Below are positions 1 through 8,716 of a stretch of 20,985 nucleotides of DNA, piece by piece. Position 1 is the first letter of the stretch, and each line of letters starts with the position of its first letter. The stretch spans positions 1 through 20,985 of the forward strand of contig JAEOTC010000074.1 of NCBI GenBank assembly GCA_016840035.1, given 5' to 3'. Source of the DNA: Candidatus Hodarchaeota archaeon (GTDB taxonomy: Archaea > Asgardarchaeota > Heimdallarchaeia > Hodarchaeales > Hodarchaeaceae). A program made the translations under genes and the position numbers. The notes beneath the pieces were generated by a model that saw nothing but the letters and a program-made list of their open reading frames with translations, had not been told where the DNA came from and made no database searches.

Positions 1-406
1 TCCATCCTCTCTCCATCATCCACTCTGAAATTTCTTCCCCTTTTCGGAAGTCAACCTTATTCAATGTTTTACAATCTGTACTATCGAATTTTATCAAAAA
101 TTCGTTGTAAAGCTCGTTTACGGCTTGGATTGCTTTTTCTCGATCATCCTCATTTTCTTCTGGTATCCCGTGGAGATTTTGTCCACATTTGAGACCAATT
201 CCAATGCTACTACCAATTAAGAGTCCACAAGTTGTAGATCCTGATCCTATTGCTCCTAAGTACCCAGCTGTTGCCCATGAATTGGTTTCACGGGGTAAAT
301 TCCATAATTCTAATAACGCCTGAAGTGACGCCTCTGCACACGTATAACGATGCATTCTTCTGTATGCCTTGGTGAGAATATTATCAAATTTTTCTTGGTT
401 TGTCAT
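1..406 (-). CDS. C_GCAxxG_C_C family putative redox-active protein (partial, runs off the window start)
   Basis: Not in the ORF track. Manual translation from ATG at 406: MTNQEKFDNILTKAYRRMHRYTCAEASLQALL...GYLGAIGSGSTTCGLLIGSSIGIG...FDSTDCKTL...; open to position 1. The spaced Cys pattern (CAEA / TCGLLIG / STDC) matches the family. In-frame upstream stop at 464-466. Confidence 0.8.
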   Translation of the reverse strand, partial: MTNQEKFDNILTKAYRRMHRYTCAEASLQALLELWNLPRETNSWATAGYLGAIGSGSTTCGLLIGSSIGIGLKCGQNLHGIPEENEDDREKAIQAVNELYNEFLIKFDSTDCKTLNKVDFRKGEEISEWMMERGW

Positions 407-553
407 TGGAAAACTCTCTTTAGGTTTGTTCCATAATTTTTTGAATTGTAATCTCTGATAGATCTATGTTGAAATTCTCCATCCCTTTTTGAAAGTTGTC
501 CTTTCAATCTCATGGAAAATTATCGGGGGATTTAATGAGTCAACCCAAGATTG

Positions 554-566
554 CCGAAAATATAAG
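554..566 (+). promoter_or_regulatory. Candidate archaeal BRE/TATA promoter for the small membrane protein gene
   Basis: CCGAAAATATAAG: purine-rich BRE-like element followed directly by a TATA-like box, about 55-60 nt upstream of ATG 624. Confidence 0.35.
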
Positions 567-623
567 ATCTATAAACACATGGATAGGGAACCATTTAGAT
601 TCAATTAAGAAAACGTGATTAAA

Positions 624-842
624 ATGGAAAAAACACTGGCAATTAGAACATTAAAGACTATTGGAATAATAGGATGGATTCTTGGAATATTTGCGTTTAT
701 CTCAAGTTATTTAACAATGAATCAGCCATATGATAGTCCTGGAAACCTTGAAATTATTGTTTTCTTTGGATTATTTGGAGCAACAATGTTTATTTCGGGG
801 ACTGTTACCTATTTAAAGAGTTTAGACTACCTCGATACTTAA
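624..842 (+). CDS. Small two-TM hypothetical membrane protein (about 72 aa)
   Basis: ORF 615..842. ATG 624 preferred because GTGA at 615-618 looks like an archaeal RBS. Two hydrophobic segments (IGIIGWILGIFAFISSYL; IIVFFGLFGATMFISG). Confidence 0.6.
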   Translation: MEKTLAIRTLKTIGIIGWILGIFAFISSYLTMNQPYDSPGNLEIIVFFGLFGATMFISGTVTYLKSLDYLDT

Positions 843-862
843 TTATCTCTAGAGTGAAGTAA

Positions 863-2215
863 TTATAATTTCCTTCTGTTGAGTTTAATCATATTAGACA
901 TTCCTAGACGTTCTCTGATAAGTAATCGTTTATTTTCAAGACGAGATATGATTCTTGACATGTTCATCTCAGAAACACTTAGTTGTTCTGCAATTGATTT
1001 TTGGTTTAGAGCACCTTGAAAAAACAAAATCTCAACAACTTGTAGCTCTTGCCTTGGAAGAATTGATTCCCACCGAGCTTGTATAGAATCCCAATTTAAA
1101 TCGACTGCTTTAGAGAAATCTAAATGTGAGTTAGAACTGGTTGATGCATTCTGTGCAGAAATGTCTTTTCTTAACTTTCCACGACTTAAGAAATTCATAA
1201 CAGCATCATGTCTATAGTAAAAAAAACCAATAGCAAAGAAGACTGCAAAGCAAGAGAAAATAATAATAACTGGAAACAATCCATCTGGAGGTTTGTCTAG
1301 AACGACAACTGGAATAATTATTGGTTCTTGAAGCTCATAAACAATAACCTGAATACAACCATTCATTCTTGGAGATGCAAGAGAGTTCACAAGAAAGGTA
1401 GCAACAATTTTTTCTTCAGGAATTAATGTATAATTAGATACATTGGTACTTATCCAATCTGGAGTGATAATGAATAATTCAACATCAAAATCACCAATAT
1501 TTTCAATTGGAACGTGGATAGTTTCACCAATTGTACAATTCCAAGGGGGAAAATCTATCATTAGAAAAGTATTTGGCAACTCCCTTGGATGGAGTTCCAA
1601 TGTAGCATTAAATCCCTCTAAATTAATGTTAGTCCATGCTAATACAATGTTTCCCGAATTACTCACAATAGTAGTTGGTTCAGGTATTATTGACTCGTAT
1701 GTATAGTCACTCCCAAACCGAATTTCCGTGTTATGAGTTACAACCTTTGTACCCCAATCAATTCCTAACTCATAACTATAAGTATCAGAGGTGTTTCTGG
1801 AGTACTTCCCCCAGTAGCTTCCCCTTATCAGAAAGGAATCTCCAGAATGTATAGTATGATTTATCGTTGAGAAGGTGACAATATTTCCTGTTTTATTGAC
1901 AACAATAGGATCATTCTGAATTGATATGGTAACTTCATCAAAAGTCAACCCTGAAAGAGAAAATGAGCATTGAGCAAAATTATGTTCCGTTAACCAGTTC
2001 CCCAATGCTTCAAGTCGAAAATAGCAACGATATTCTCCATCTGGGTAGATATAATAGGCTAAGTAAGCATCAAGTATATCTATCTCAGTATGAGAACACG
2101 TGTCACATTTTCTGCATGTTTCTGCTGAAATAATAAGAAATTCTTCCGAGATGAAAGGAGTACAGGTTGGTATCATCACTAGTGCTACTATACACGCCAC
2201 TAGTCTCCTTTCCAA
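863..2215 (-). CDS. Membrane-anchored transcriptional regulator: signal peptide, extracellular beta/Ig-like region, single TM, C-terminal MarR-like winged HTH (COG2512-like)
   Basis: N-terminal hydrophobic leader; TM LFPVIIIFSCFAVFFAIGFFYY; C-terminal ELQVVEILFFQGALNQKSIAEQLSVSEMNMSRIISRLENKRLLIRERLGMSNMIKL is a typical wHTH. TTG start 7 nt after the stop of the upstream surface-protein gene. Confidence 0.8.
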   Translation of the reverse strand: MERRLVACIVALVMIPTCTPFISEEFLIISAETCRKCDTCSHTEIDILDAYLAYYIYPDGEYRCYFRLEALGNWLTEHNFAQCSFSLSGLTFDEVTISIQNDPIVVNKTGNIVTFSTINHTIHSGDSFLIRGSYWGKYSRNTSDTYSYELGIDWGTKVVTHNTEIRFGSDYTYESIIPEPTTIVSNSGNIVLAWTNINLEGFNATLELHPRELPNTFLMIDFPPWNCTIGETIHVPIENIGDFDVELFIITPDWISTNVSNYTLIPEEKIVATFLVNSLASPRMNGCIQVIVYELQEPIIIPVVVLDKPPDGLFPVIIIFSCFAVFFAIGFFYYRHDAVMNFLSRGKLRKDISAQNASTSSNSHLDFSKAVDLNWDSIQARWESILPRQELQVVEILFFQGALNQKSIAEQLSVSEMNMSRIISRLENKRLLIRERLGMSNMIKLNRRKL

Positions 2216-2222
2216 TAATAAT

Positions 2223-5216
2223 TCACCCGATTTTGTTCGAATCAGATTTTTGATATCGAGATAATTTAATAAGTTTTCTAGATTTTTTTCTTCTTAAACC
2301 AGAATAAATTACGAATAACGTCATCATTAATAATGAGGACGGCCCAGTTGCAGGTTTGCTGGTTGATGGTATAGTGGGATTTTCTGTATAACTTACGATG
2401 CTAAATAACTCATCAGAAATATCAGTAGCATTCAATCCTTCTGAACAAAAGGCAATAACTTTGATCATATAAAAAGAACTTGAGGGAAATGTCCTTATGT
2501 CCCAGACATATTCAGTTCCGACAATATCTTCCTCTAACATAGTCCAAGTGGTTCCTGCATCAGAGGAATAGTAAATTGAATACTTAATGGAATGGAAATG
2601 AGTATCGTGTGATGGGATCCAAGTTATTGTGATCATATTTTCAAGAATTTCCCTACCATTTGGAGAAATTATTGTAGGGGGAAGTAGTGCATGCTCTTCT
2701 GTAAAAAATGGTTTGACAAGAGGATAGTTATCCTGGTTTCTTGCAGACCCAGCTAGAATATAAGGCTTATCAACTATACCATCAGCATTAACATCTGGAT
2801 CTACCCAATCATCCCAGTAATTGTGGTTGAAGTTGTTACTAATGCTTTGGCCCAAACTTGAATCACGAGCTTGGTAAGTACTCCCTGGGTTATTACCCAC
2901 GAAACTATTCCAAGAAATAATATTGTTAAAAGCATAATCGGAGATAGCTATTCCTTGTTTCTGATTATTGGATATAATATTGTTGATGATAAAATTAGAA
3001 CTACTCGGTTCATCAGGATACCAAGGATAATATTGGCCTATTTCAATTCCAACACCATTGTTACTAGCAATTGTATTGCTGATGAGAGTATTGTTTCTTG
3101 AGTCATCGAGATATATTCCCCCTTCGTCATTATTGATGATCGAGTTATTGGTAAAAACATTATTGTGTGAGAAAACTAAACCAATTCCCGTGTAAGTGTT
3201 ATTCGTTATAAGATTAGCAGTAAAAATGTTACAACACGATCTTCGTAAGTCTATTCTACTAAAACTGATTATGTTATTACTAAAAGTATTATTCCATGAT
3301 TCAGATATAGATAAGTCAGAATTGTTCACATAAGTATCAATGATGAGACTATAATTACATAAATTGAGTTTGATATTATTCTTACTAACAATACTGTTGT
3401 TAATAGTAATATTACACGAATTTTGAATTTCCATTCCCTCATTATTATTGTTCATAACAGTGATATTGGTAAAAAAGATATTGAATGAATTATTCAACCA
3501 TATACCATCAGAATTATTCATGAATGCAAGGTCTATGAGATCTACTTCAGCTGAATTATCTATCCACACTCCATATCCAATATTTTTACATATTTCATTG
3601 TTTTCAAGTGTAACATTAGACGAATCCAATAAAGAAATCCCCGTGAATTTGTTGTAATTGAAGACATTATTATGAATGTTCAATTCCTTACAAAAAGCTG
3701 CTATTAATCCGTATGAAGTGTATGTGATAATTTGCCCCGTGATTTCTGCATCTGAAACATTAACCAATATAATTTGCTCTGCATTTGGAGGAATTGTACC
3801 ACCAATTGTATTTTGCCAATAAATCAATGGTCGTCCGTTAATCAGGTTATCCACAATTGAAGATTGCAGCCAATCCTCAATTTTTTCCCCATAAAAAGCA
3901 ATACCCTTACCCATTAGGTTATTTGCCTGGATAATATTGTTAGAGGAACGAAATAAAGCAATCCCGTAATTGCTGTTATTGGTGAATGTATTATCATGAA
4001 TATTAAGCTCCTTACAGAAAGCTACTAATAATCCACAAGAAGCGAATGAGATATTCTGGCCTGTGATTTCAACACCAGTAACATTAATGAGAATAATTTG
4101 CCCAGCGTCTGTAAGAATGGAACCACCTCTGATACCTTCCCAGAAAATTAGAGGTTTACCATTAACAAAGTTATCTTCGAAACCATTTTGTGAATATGTT
4201 TCAAAAGCTTCTCCATCAATTATTAGACCATTCCTTGTCAGGTTATTCGCAGATAAAGTGTTATTCCACGACTCAGAAAATCCAATTCCTCCTTCAGAGT
4301 TATTAATAATTAAATTGTTGAAAAGAGAATTGTTGTAGGAATGATAAAAGGATATACCTACTCCAGTATTGTTGGATACTATATTATGGGTAAAAGTATT
4401 CTGGTTTAGATAGCCTAAGTATATCCCATGATCAGTATTGTCAAAGATTGTATTATTGATATAAGAAATATGGAATGAACCCCCTGTGTTTATTCCACCA
4501 TAGAAATTTTCATGAACAAAATTATCAATAAGACTAATGTTACATGATCCTGATAATTTTATTCCACCATCTCTTCTACTTCCAGAATGACCACCTCCTC
4601 TTCCACTTTGACAGTTGTTAGAGACTGAATTTGAAGTAATAACGGTTTTGTTCGATTCTTCTAACCATATTCCAACAACACTGTTATTAAAGATTGTATT
4701 ATGAGAGATGGTACAATTAAATGACCCCCGGAAGTATACAGCATTCCCTCCATTCATGATCGTGTTATTAGTTATATTAATGTTGTATGAATGAGAAACC
4801 CAGATTCCCCAATAGCTGTTAACTACAGTGTTGTTAATTAGCTTACAATGTGCAACATTAGATAAAATCAAACTTTGGCCCATGTTCTTCAGGAAACAAT
4901 TGGAAATTTGAAAATGGAGGTCAACATTCCAAATGTTTATTCCATACCAAGTCTCTGAGACAATATCTAACCCATCTATGATATAAGGGTTTGATGCAGT
5001 TCCGTTTCCTGTCCATCCTTCACTATTTGCTTTTGCTATAAACTCAGCATTGGAATGTATCTCAATAGCTGGACTAGGAACATTTTGAATAACAGAACTT
5101 GAAAAAAGGGAACTTTGCTTAGGAATATCAGCTGGTGAGTTTATTATCTCAACTTGTGGAGTCAGAGTACTGGAAAATAAGACTATTAACAAGAGCATTA
5201 TGAAATTCTTAATCAT
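2223..5216 (-). CDS. Cell-surface right-handed parallel beta-helix protein (NosD/PbH1/pectin-lyase-like) with C-terminal FN3/Ig-like domain and membrane anchor
   Basis: Signal peptide; GWTGNGTASNPYIIDGLDI N-cap; many GIxLxxSxNNxIxxNxIxNN repeats; NYWDDW...D.PY...DNYPL C-cap; PPTIISPNG...ITW...YSIYYS..GTTW FN3-like domain; Thr/Ser/Pro linker, hydrophobic segment and basic RRKKSRK tail; abundant N-x-S/T sequons. Confidence 0.9.
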   Translation of the reverse strand: MIKNFIMLLLIVLFSSTLTPQVEIINSPADIPKQSSLFSSSVIQNVPSPAIEIHSNAEFIAKANSEGWTGNGTASNPYIIDGLDIVSETWYGINIWNVDLHFQISNCFLKNMGQSLILSNVAHCKLINNTVVNSYWGIWVSHSYNINITNNTIMNGGNAVYFRGSFNCTISHNTIFNNSVVGIWLEESNKTVITSNSVSNNCQSGRGGGHSGSRRDGGIKLSGSCNISLIDNFVHENFYGGINTGGSFHISYINNTIFDNTDHGIYLGYLNQNTFTHNIVSNNTGVGISFYHSYNNSLFNNLIINNSEGGIGFSESWNNTLSANNLTRNGLIIDGEAFETYSQNGFEDNFVNGKPLIFWEGIRGGSILTDAGQIILINVTGVEITGQNISFASCGLLVAFCKELNIHDNTFTNNSNYGIALFRSSNNIIQANNLMGKGIAFYGEKIEDWLQSSIVDNLINGRPLIYWQNTIGGTIPPNAEQIILVNVSDAEITGQIITYTSYGLIAAFCKELNIHNNVFNYNKFTGISLLDSSNVTLENNEICKNIGYGVWIDNSAEVDLIDLAFMNNSDGIWLNNSFNIFFTNITVMNNNNEGMEIQNSCNITINNSIVSKNNIKLNLCNYSLIIDTYVNNSDLSISESWNNTFSNNIISFSRIDLRRSCCNIFTANLITNNTYTGIGLVFSHNNVFTNNSIINNDEGGIYLDDSRNNTLISNTIASNNGVGIEIGQYYPWYPDEPSSSNFIINNIISNNQKQGIAISDYAFNNIISWNSFVGNNPGSTYQARDSSLGQSISNNFNHNYWDDWVDPDVNADGIVDKPYILAGSARNQDNYPLVKPFFTEEHALLPPTIISPNGREILENMITITWIPSHDTHFHSIKYSIYYSSDAGTTWTMLEEDIVGTEYVWDIRTFPSSSFYMIKVIAFCSEGLNATDISDELFSIVSYTENPTIPSTSKPATGPSSLLMMTLFVIYSGLRRKKSRKLIKLSRYQKSDSNKIG
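3600..4247 (-). repeat. Internal tandem duplication, 2 x 324 nt (108 aa), inside the beta-helix gene
   Basis: NNL..G....G......Q....DN..NG[KR]PLI[FY]W....GG.I...A.QIIL.NV...EITGQ.I...S.GL..AFCKELNIH.N occurs twice. The Ala codons of AFCKELNIH lie at 4020-4022 and 3696-3698, exactly 324 nt apart. Confidence 0.85.
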
Positions 5217-5302
5217 AAGATTGGTCCCTTCTTTATTTGTCCTCCATTCAGAAATCTAAATTCAGAGAGAGTGATGAATGTCTATATCTCTTAGAAATAT
5301 TG

Positions 5303-5350
5303 CTTATATTCCTTTACTTGCAGTTAACTGTTAGTCCCAACCTTCGGTTA
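5303..5350 (-). promoter_or_regulatory. Candidate promoter (BRE+TATA) of the surface protein/regulator operon with upstream dyads
   Basis: The minus strand reads GTAAAGGAATATAAG (5303-5317). Just upstream are a perfect 10-bp palindrome CAGTTAACTG (5321-5330) and AACC-TTC-GGTT (5339-5349). Confidence 0.35.
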
Positions 5351-5598
5351 TTACTTTCTCTAATCTAGTATTTTATCATATCATTTCATTTTTATCGTCA
5401 CTTCAATACGAATTCAAATGATCAAAAGAGAAATCTGTCCAGAAAATCTCTATCAGATTAGTCGAATTCAATTATCTATTCCTATCGTCGTAAAATGCCA
5501 GTTTGAAGACATAAAAAGTGTCAAAAACGGGACGTAGCGAATCCTTCCTTATAGATCCTCTTCTTGAAAAAAGGTTTTACTTTAAGGAGATCTAAATT

Positions 5599-6537
5599 AT
5601 GGACGAAATTTATGTTATTCTCTTGCTTCTTCCCATCATTATGATTTTAATTATTTCTATTCTCATTAGGGCTCAGTATAAGCGAGCTTTAAACCGAAAT
5701 CTTCAATTTCTCGATAATCTCCATTCAAAAACCTTTCAATCCACCTACGGAGAAGTAGAATATCTCTTAGAAGGAATAGGACCTACAATTCTTGTTTCTC
5801 ATGGGATTACAGGCGGGATTGATCAAGGAATAGGATTGATGAAAAGTTATTTGGGTTCTAGCTATCGATTTCTCTATATTTCACGCTTTGGGTATTTAAA
5901 ATCTTCAATTCCGGAAAATGCCACCGTTGAACTACAAGCCGATGTGTATAATGAGCTTTTAGAGCATCTAGGAATTTCTTCCACCTTTGTCTTAGGAAAT
6001 TCGGCAGGAGGCACCTCTGTAATTCAATTTGCCCTTCGATATCCGAAAATGTGCCAAGGCTTAATCTTACTCTCAACCAATGCCCCTCTTGACATTGATC
6101 TAGGACATCCCCCAAAATTCGTCTTTCGTTTTGATTTTCTTTACTGGTTTTTCATGAAGATGACTGGCCGATTTTTGCTATCCATGTTTGTACCAAAGGA
6201 AATTTTGAGGACATTATCAATAAAGAGAAGGAAAGAAATAATGGATGAAATCTATTTCTCTGGGTTACCAATCAGTAAGCGATCAGAAGGTATTTTCTTT
6301 GATATGTTTATTTCTAATCCATCTATTAACACTGATGTTCCATTTGAAAATATTAAATCTCCCACTTTGATCATTAATACCGTAGATGATCCCGCTACGC
6401 GTATTGAAGGAGCAAGAACGCTTGCAAAAAGAATTAAAACAAGCTCCATTGTTGTATTAGAATCAGGTGGGCATTTACTCTTAGGTCAAGAAGAAAAAGT
6501 AAGAAAAGAAATTGAGGTTTTTATCAGTAATAATTGA
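5599..6537 (+). CDS. Alpha/beta-fold hydrolase with N-terminal membrane anchor
   Basis: HGITGG oxyanion region, GNSAGG nucleophile elbow, DDP acid, GGHLL catalytic His; hydrophobic N-terminus; AAGGAG RBS at 5584-5589. Confidence 0.9.
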   Translation: MDEIYVILLLLPIIMILIISILIRAQYKRALNRNLQFLDNLHSKTFQSTYGEVEYLLEGIGPTILVSHGITGGIDQGIGLMKSYLGSSYRFLYISRFGYLKSSIPENATVELQADVYNELLEHLGISSTFVLGNSAGGTSVIQFALRYPKMCQGLILLSTNAPLDIDLGHPPKFVFRFDFLYWFFMKMTGRFLLSMFVPKEILRTLSIKRRKEIMDEIYFSGLPISKRSEGIFFDMFISNPSINTDVPFENIKSPTLIINTVDDPATRIEGARTLAKRIKTSSIVVLESGGHLLLGQEEKVRKEIEVFISNN

Positions 6538-6550
6538 CGTTCTATTTATA

Positions 6551-7003
6551 TTACATTGTCTTAAGATATGCCTCAAGTTTATCCAGAGCGGAATTGAAAC
6601 CTCTTGCAGCCCCTTCAAACATCTGATCAGTGAATTGATCATCAGTACTGGAAATTTCTAAGTTAAATTTTGTTTTGTCGGTCTCTTCATCTTCAAATGA
6701 TAAAGCAATGAGAAGCTGAGCCTTAGCACTCTTTTCTAAATATTTAATTTTTTCGTTGTCAACAATCTCTTGATACTCGACTTTACTTGTGAATGAAGAT
6801 CCATTTCCACTTTTCATGATATATTTCCATTCACCACCAACTCGGAAATCCATTTCAGATTCTATTGTAAACCCTTTGGGTCCATACCAGTTATCTAAAT
6901 GCTTGGGGTCTTTCCAAAGTTCAAAAATTAACGATCTTGGAGCATCGAAGATTCTAGTTATTGTGTTTTCATTTATTTCTTGTGTCATATATTTGTCTTC
7001 CAC
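6551..7003 (-). CDS. SRPBCC/AHSA1-like (START/Bet v1 fold) ligand-binding protein
   Basis: ITRIFDAPRSLIFELWKDPKHLDNWYGP...MDFRVGGEWKYIM...GFNSALDKLEAYL is the AHSA1 signature. Alternative start at ATG 6988. Confidence 0.9.
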   Translation of the reverse strand: MEDKYMTQEINENTITRIFDAPRSLIFELWKDPKHLDNWYGPKGFTIESEMDFRVGGEWKYIMKSGNGSSFTSKVEYQEIVDNEKIKYLEKSAKAQLLIALSFEDEETDKTKFNLEISSTDDQFTDQMFEGAARGFNSALDKLEAYLKTM

Positions 7004-7188
7004 AAAAGAAATTTATGTTCAGAAATTATTAGAAGTCTTGGTTTGGTTTTTCGAATATTCAATATCAAAAGATCCCTCAATTTTTTCCATTGTTTCTGTG
7101 TATGTAGACGTCCAAAATCTTAGCCACAAGTATAACCACTTCTCGACTCAACGAAAAAGTAACTATTCTCCGTGAATAATGAGTGCTC

Positions 7189-7220
7189 ACCTTTGAACGA
7201 AAAGCTTTTGGTTCAAATGT
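7189..7220. promoter_or_regulatory. Long palindrome, putative operator between the divergent SRPBCC and hydrolase genes
   Basis: TTTGAAC-G-AAAAGCTTTT-G-GTTCAAA (7192-7217): 26 bp with one mismatched pair, extendable to 7189-7220 with two. Contains BRE-like CGAAAAG. Confidence 0.6.
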
Positions 7221-7261
7221 TTATTCTCCGTATGGTAATAATTCTCGTTTAGGTGTCATGA

Positions 7262-8677
7262 TTGAGGTTCTTTGAAATAGTTCTGATATTTATTCTTGTC
7301 ATTTTTTCTACGAAGTTTCTTTGGTCGGCGAAATTGGATCATAGTCTGAAAATAATCTTAAGTGCGAGTATTAGTAGTGTAGCATTTATTGATTTTATGT
7401 TACATTATCTGATTGAAGGAATTCGTTGGCAATTGACAATTATCTATATCCCTTTAGTCTTCTTCATCATTTATGAAGTGTATACGATAATCAAACATTA
7501 CAAACAAGAAAATTCCGAAGTTGAGTCAGTTAAATCCAAATTGAGACTTGGTATTTCGGTGTCTGGACTAGTAATAATATTTTTATTGATAGTATCTACT
7601 TTATTCCTCAATTCACTCTTTCCTGTATTCAAACTACCCAATCCAACAGGTTCCTATTCAATTGGAACTACTTCTTTTGATCTAAATAATATCAATCAAG
7701 AAGAAACCTTCACACCTGAACCTTCAGATACACGTCGTTTTATGATAAGAGTATGGTATCCAGCCGATCAAGTTTCTAATAAAAGACCTGTCCCATATGT
7801 TCTCTCTCCTGGTGCATTTGGGGAGGGAATAGAACGGTCTTTCGGGTTTCCATCATTTGTTGTTAGTCATTTCCCCTTGACTTTTACCCATTCTTATAGA
7901 GATGTTCCACTGTCTAATAACCATTCCAATTATCCAATTTTAATATTCTCTCATGGGTATGGTGGATTAGATTTTCAAAATACTGTCCTCTTGGAGGAAT
8001 TAGCTAGTCAAGGATTTATTGTTTTTAGTATAAATCATGCGTATGAGTCTACAGTGTCTGTATTTCCCGATAAAACTGTAATATACGAATCTGAAAAAGA
8101 TGAATCGCATAATATTAGTTCCAGTTTGTCCATCTGGGCTAATGATACGGTTTTCTTGATTGACCAACTAGAAATCACAAATAATGATCTAATTCCCAAT
8201 ATATTCTGGGGAAAGTTGGATTTGTCTAAAATTGGATTGTTAGGCCATTCATTCGGGGGCACAACTAGTGAGGAAGTGAGTTTGCTTGATGATAGAATAA
8301 CATGTGGGATCAGTCTAGATAGTCCTCACATGGGCCATTCCTTATCTATGAATTTAACGAAACCTTTTATGCTCATGTTTGGGACAGATTACGGCAATCA
8401 GGAACTAAATGATAGTGTTTTCTTGAATGCGGAAAATAAAACATTTGGACTGTACGTTGAAGGCGCTTATCATTATAATTTTGCTGATGCAAATATTTGG
8501 GCACCATTTTTACAAACCATTGGTTATATCGGACCAATCGATGGATATAGAATGCTTGAGATAGTCAATCAGTATGTCACCGCCTTCTTTAACAAGTTTA
8601 TCAACAATATTGACTCAATATATTTGGATGGTGCTTCATCAGACTATCCAGAAGTTGCGTTTTACTCTCGAAATTAG
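7262..8677 (+). CDS. Membrane-anchored alpha/beta hydrolase, PAF-acetylhydrolase/dienelactone-hydrolase-like lipase/esterase
   Basis: About 4 N-terminal TMs; LPNPTGSYSIGT, RRFMIRVWYPA, YPILIFSHGYGG, EELASQGFIV, GHSFGG nucleophile, ISLD acid, HYNFAD His. TTG start with AGGTG RBS at 7251-7255. Confidence 0.9.
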   Translation: MRFFEIVLIFILVIFSTKFLWSAKLDHSLKIILSASISSVAFIDFMLHYLIEGIRWQLTIIYIPLVFFIIYEVYTIIKHYKQENSEVESVKSKLRLGISVSGLVIIFLLIVSTLFLNSLFPVFKLPNPTGSYSIGTTSFDLNNINQEETFTPEPSDTRRFMIRVWYPADQVSNKRPVPYVLSPGAFGEGIERSFGFPSFVVSHFPLTFTHSYRDVPLSNNHSNYPILIFSHGYGGLDFQNTVLLEELASQGFIVFSINHAYESTVSVFPDKTVIYESEKDESHNISSSLSIWANDTVFLIDQLEITNNDLIPNIFWGKLDLSKIGLLGHSFGGTTSEEVSLLDDRITCGISLDSPHMGHSLSMNLTKPFMLMFGTDYGNQELNDSVFLNAENKTFGLYVEGAYHYNFADANIWAPFLQTIGYIGPIDGYRMLEIVNQYVTAFFNKFINNIDSIYLDGASSDYPEVAFYSRN

Positions 8678-8716
8678 AATTCTCAATTCTATACCTTATT
8701 TCCATTTTTGTATGGA

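Noticed and set aside
2090-2120. Heme c attachment motif in the regulator
   Set aside because: The sequence is CDTCSH (CxxCxH), not CxxCH.
1443-4338. Plus-strand ORFs 1443-1706, 2871-3101, 3448-3657 and 4063-4338
   Set aside because: Antisense shadows inside well-supported minus-strand genes.
2223-5216. True nosD of a nitrous oxide reductase cluster
   Set aside because: No nosZ/F/Y/L nearby; the size, FN3-like domain and anchor indicate a generic surface beta-helix protein.
5232-5247. Tiny upstream ORF (MEDK) on the minus strand before the surface protein gene
   Set aside because: Four codons with no supporting structure; likely chance.
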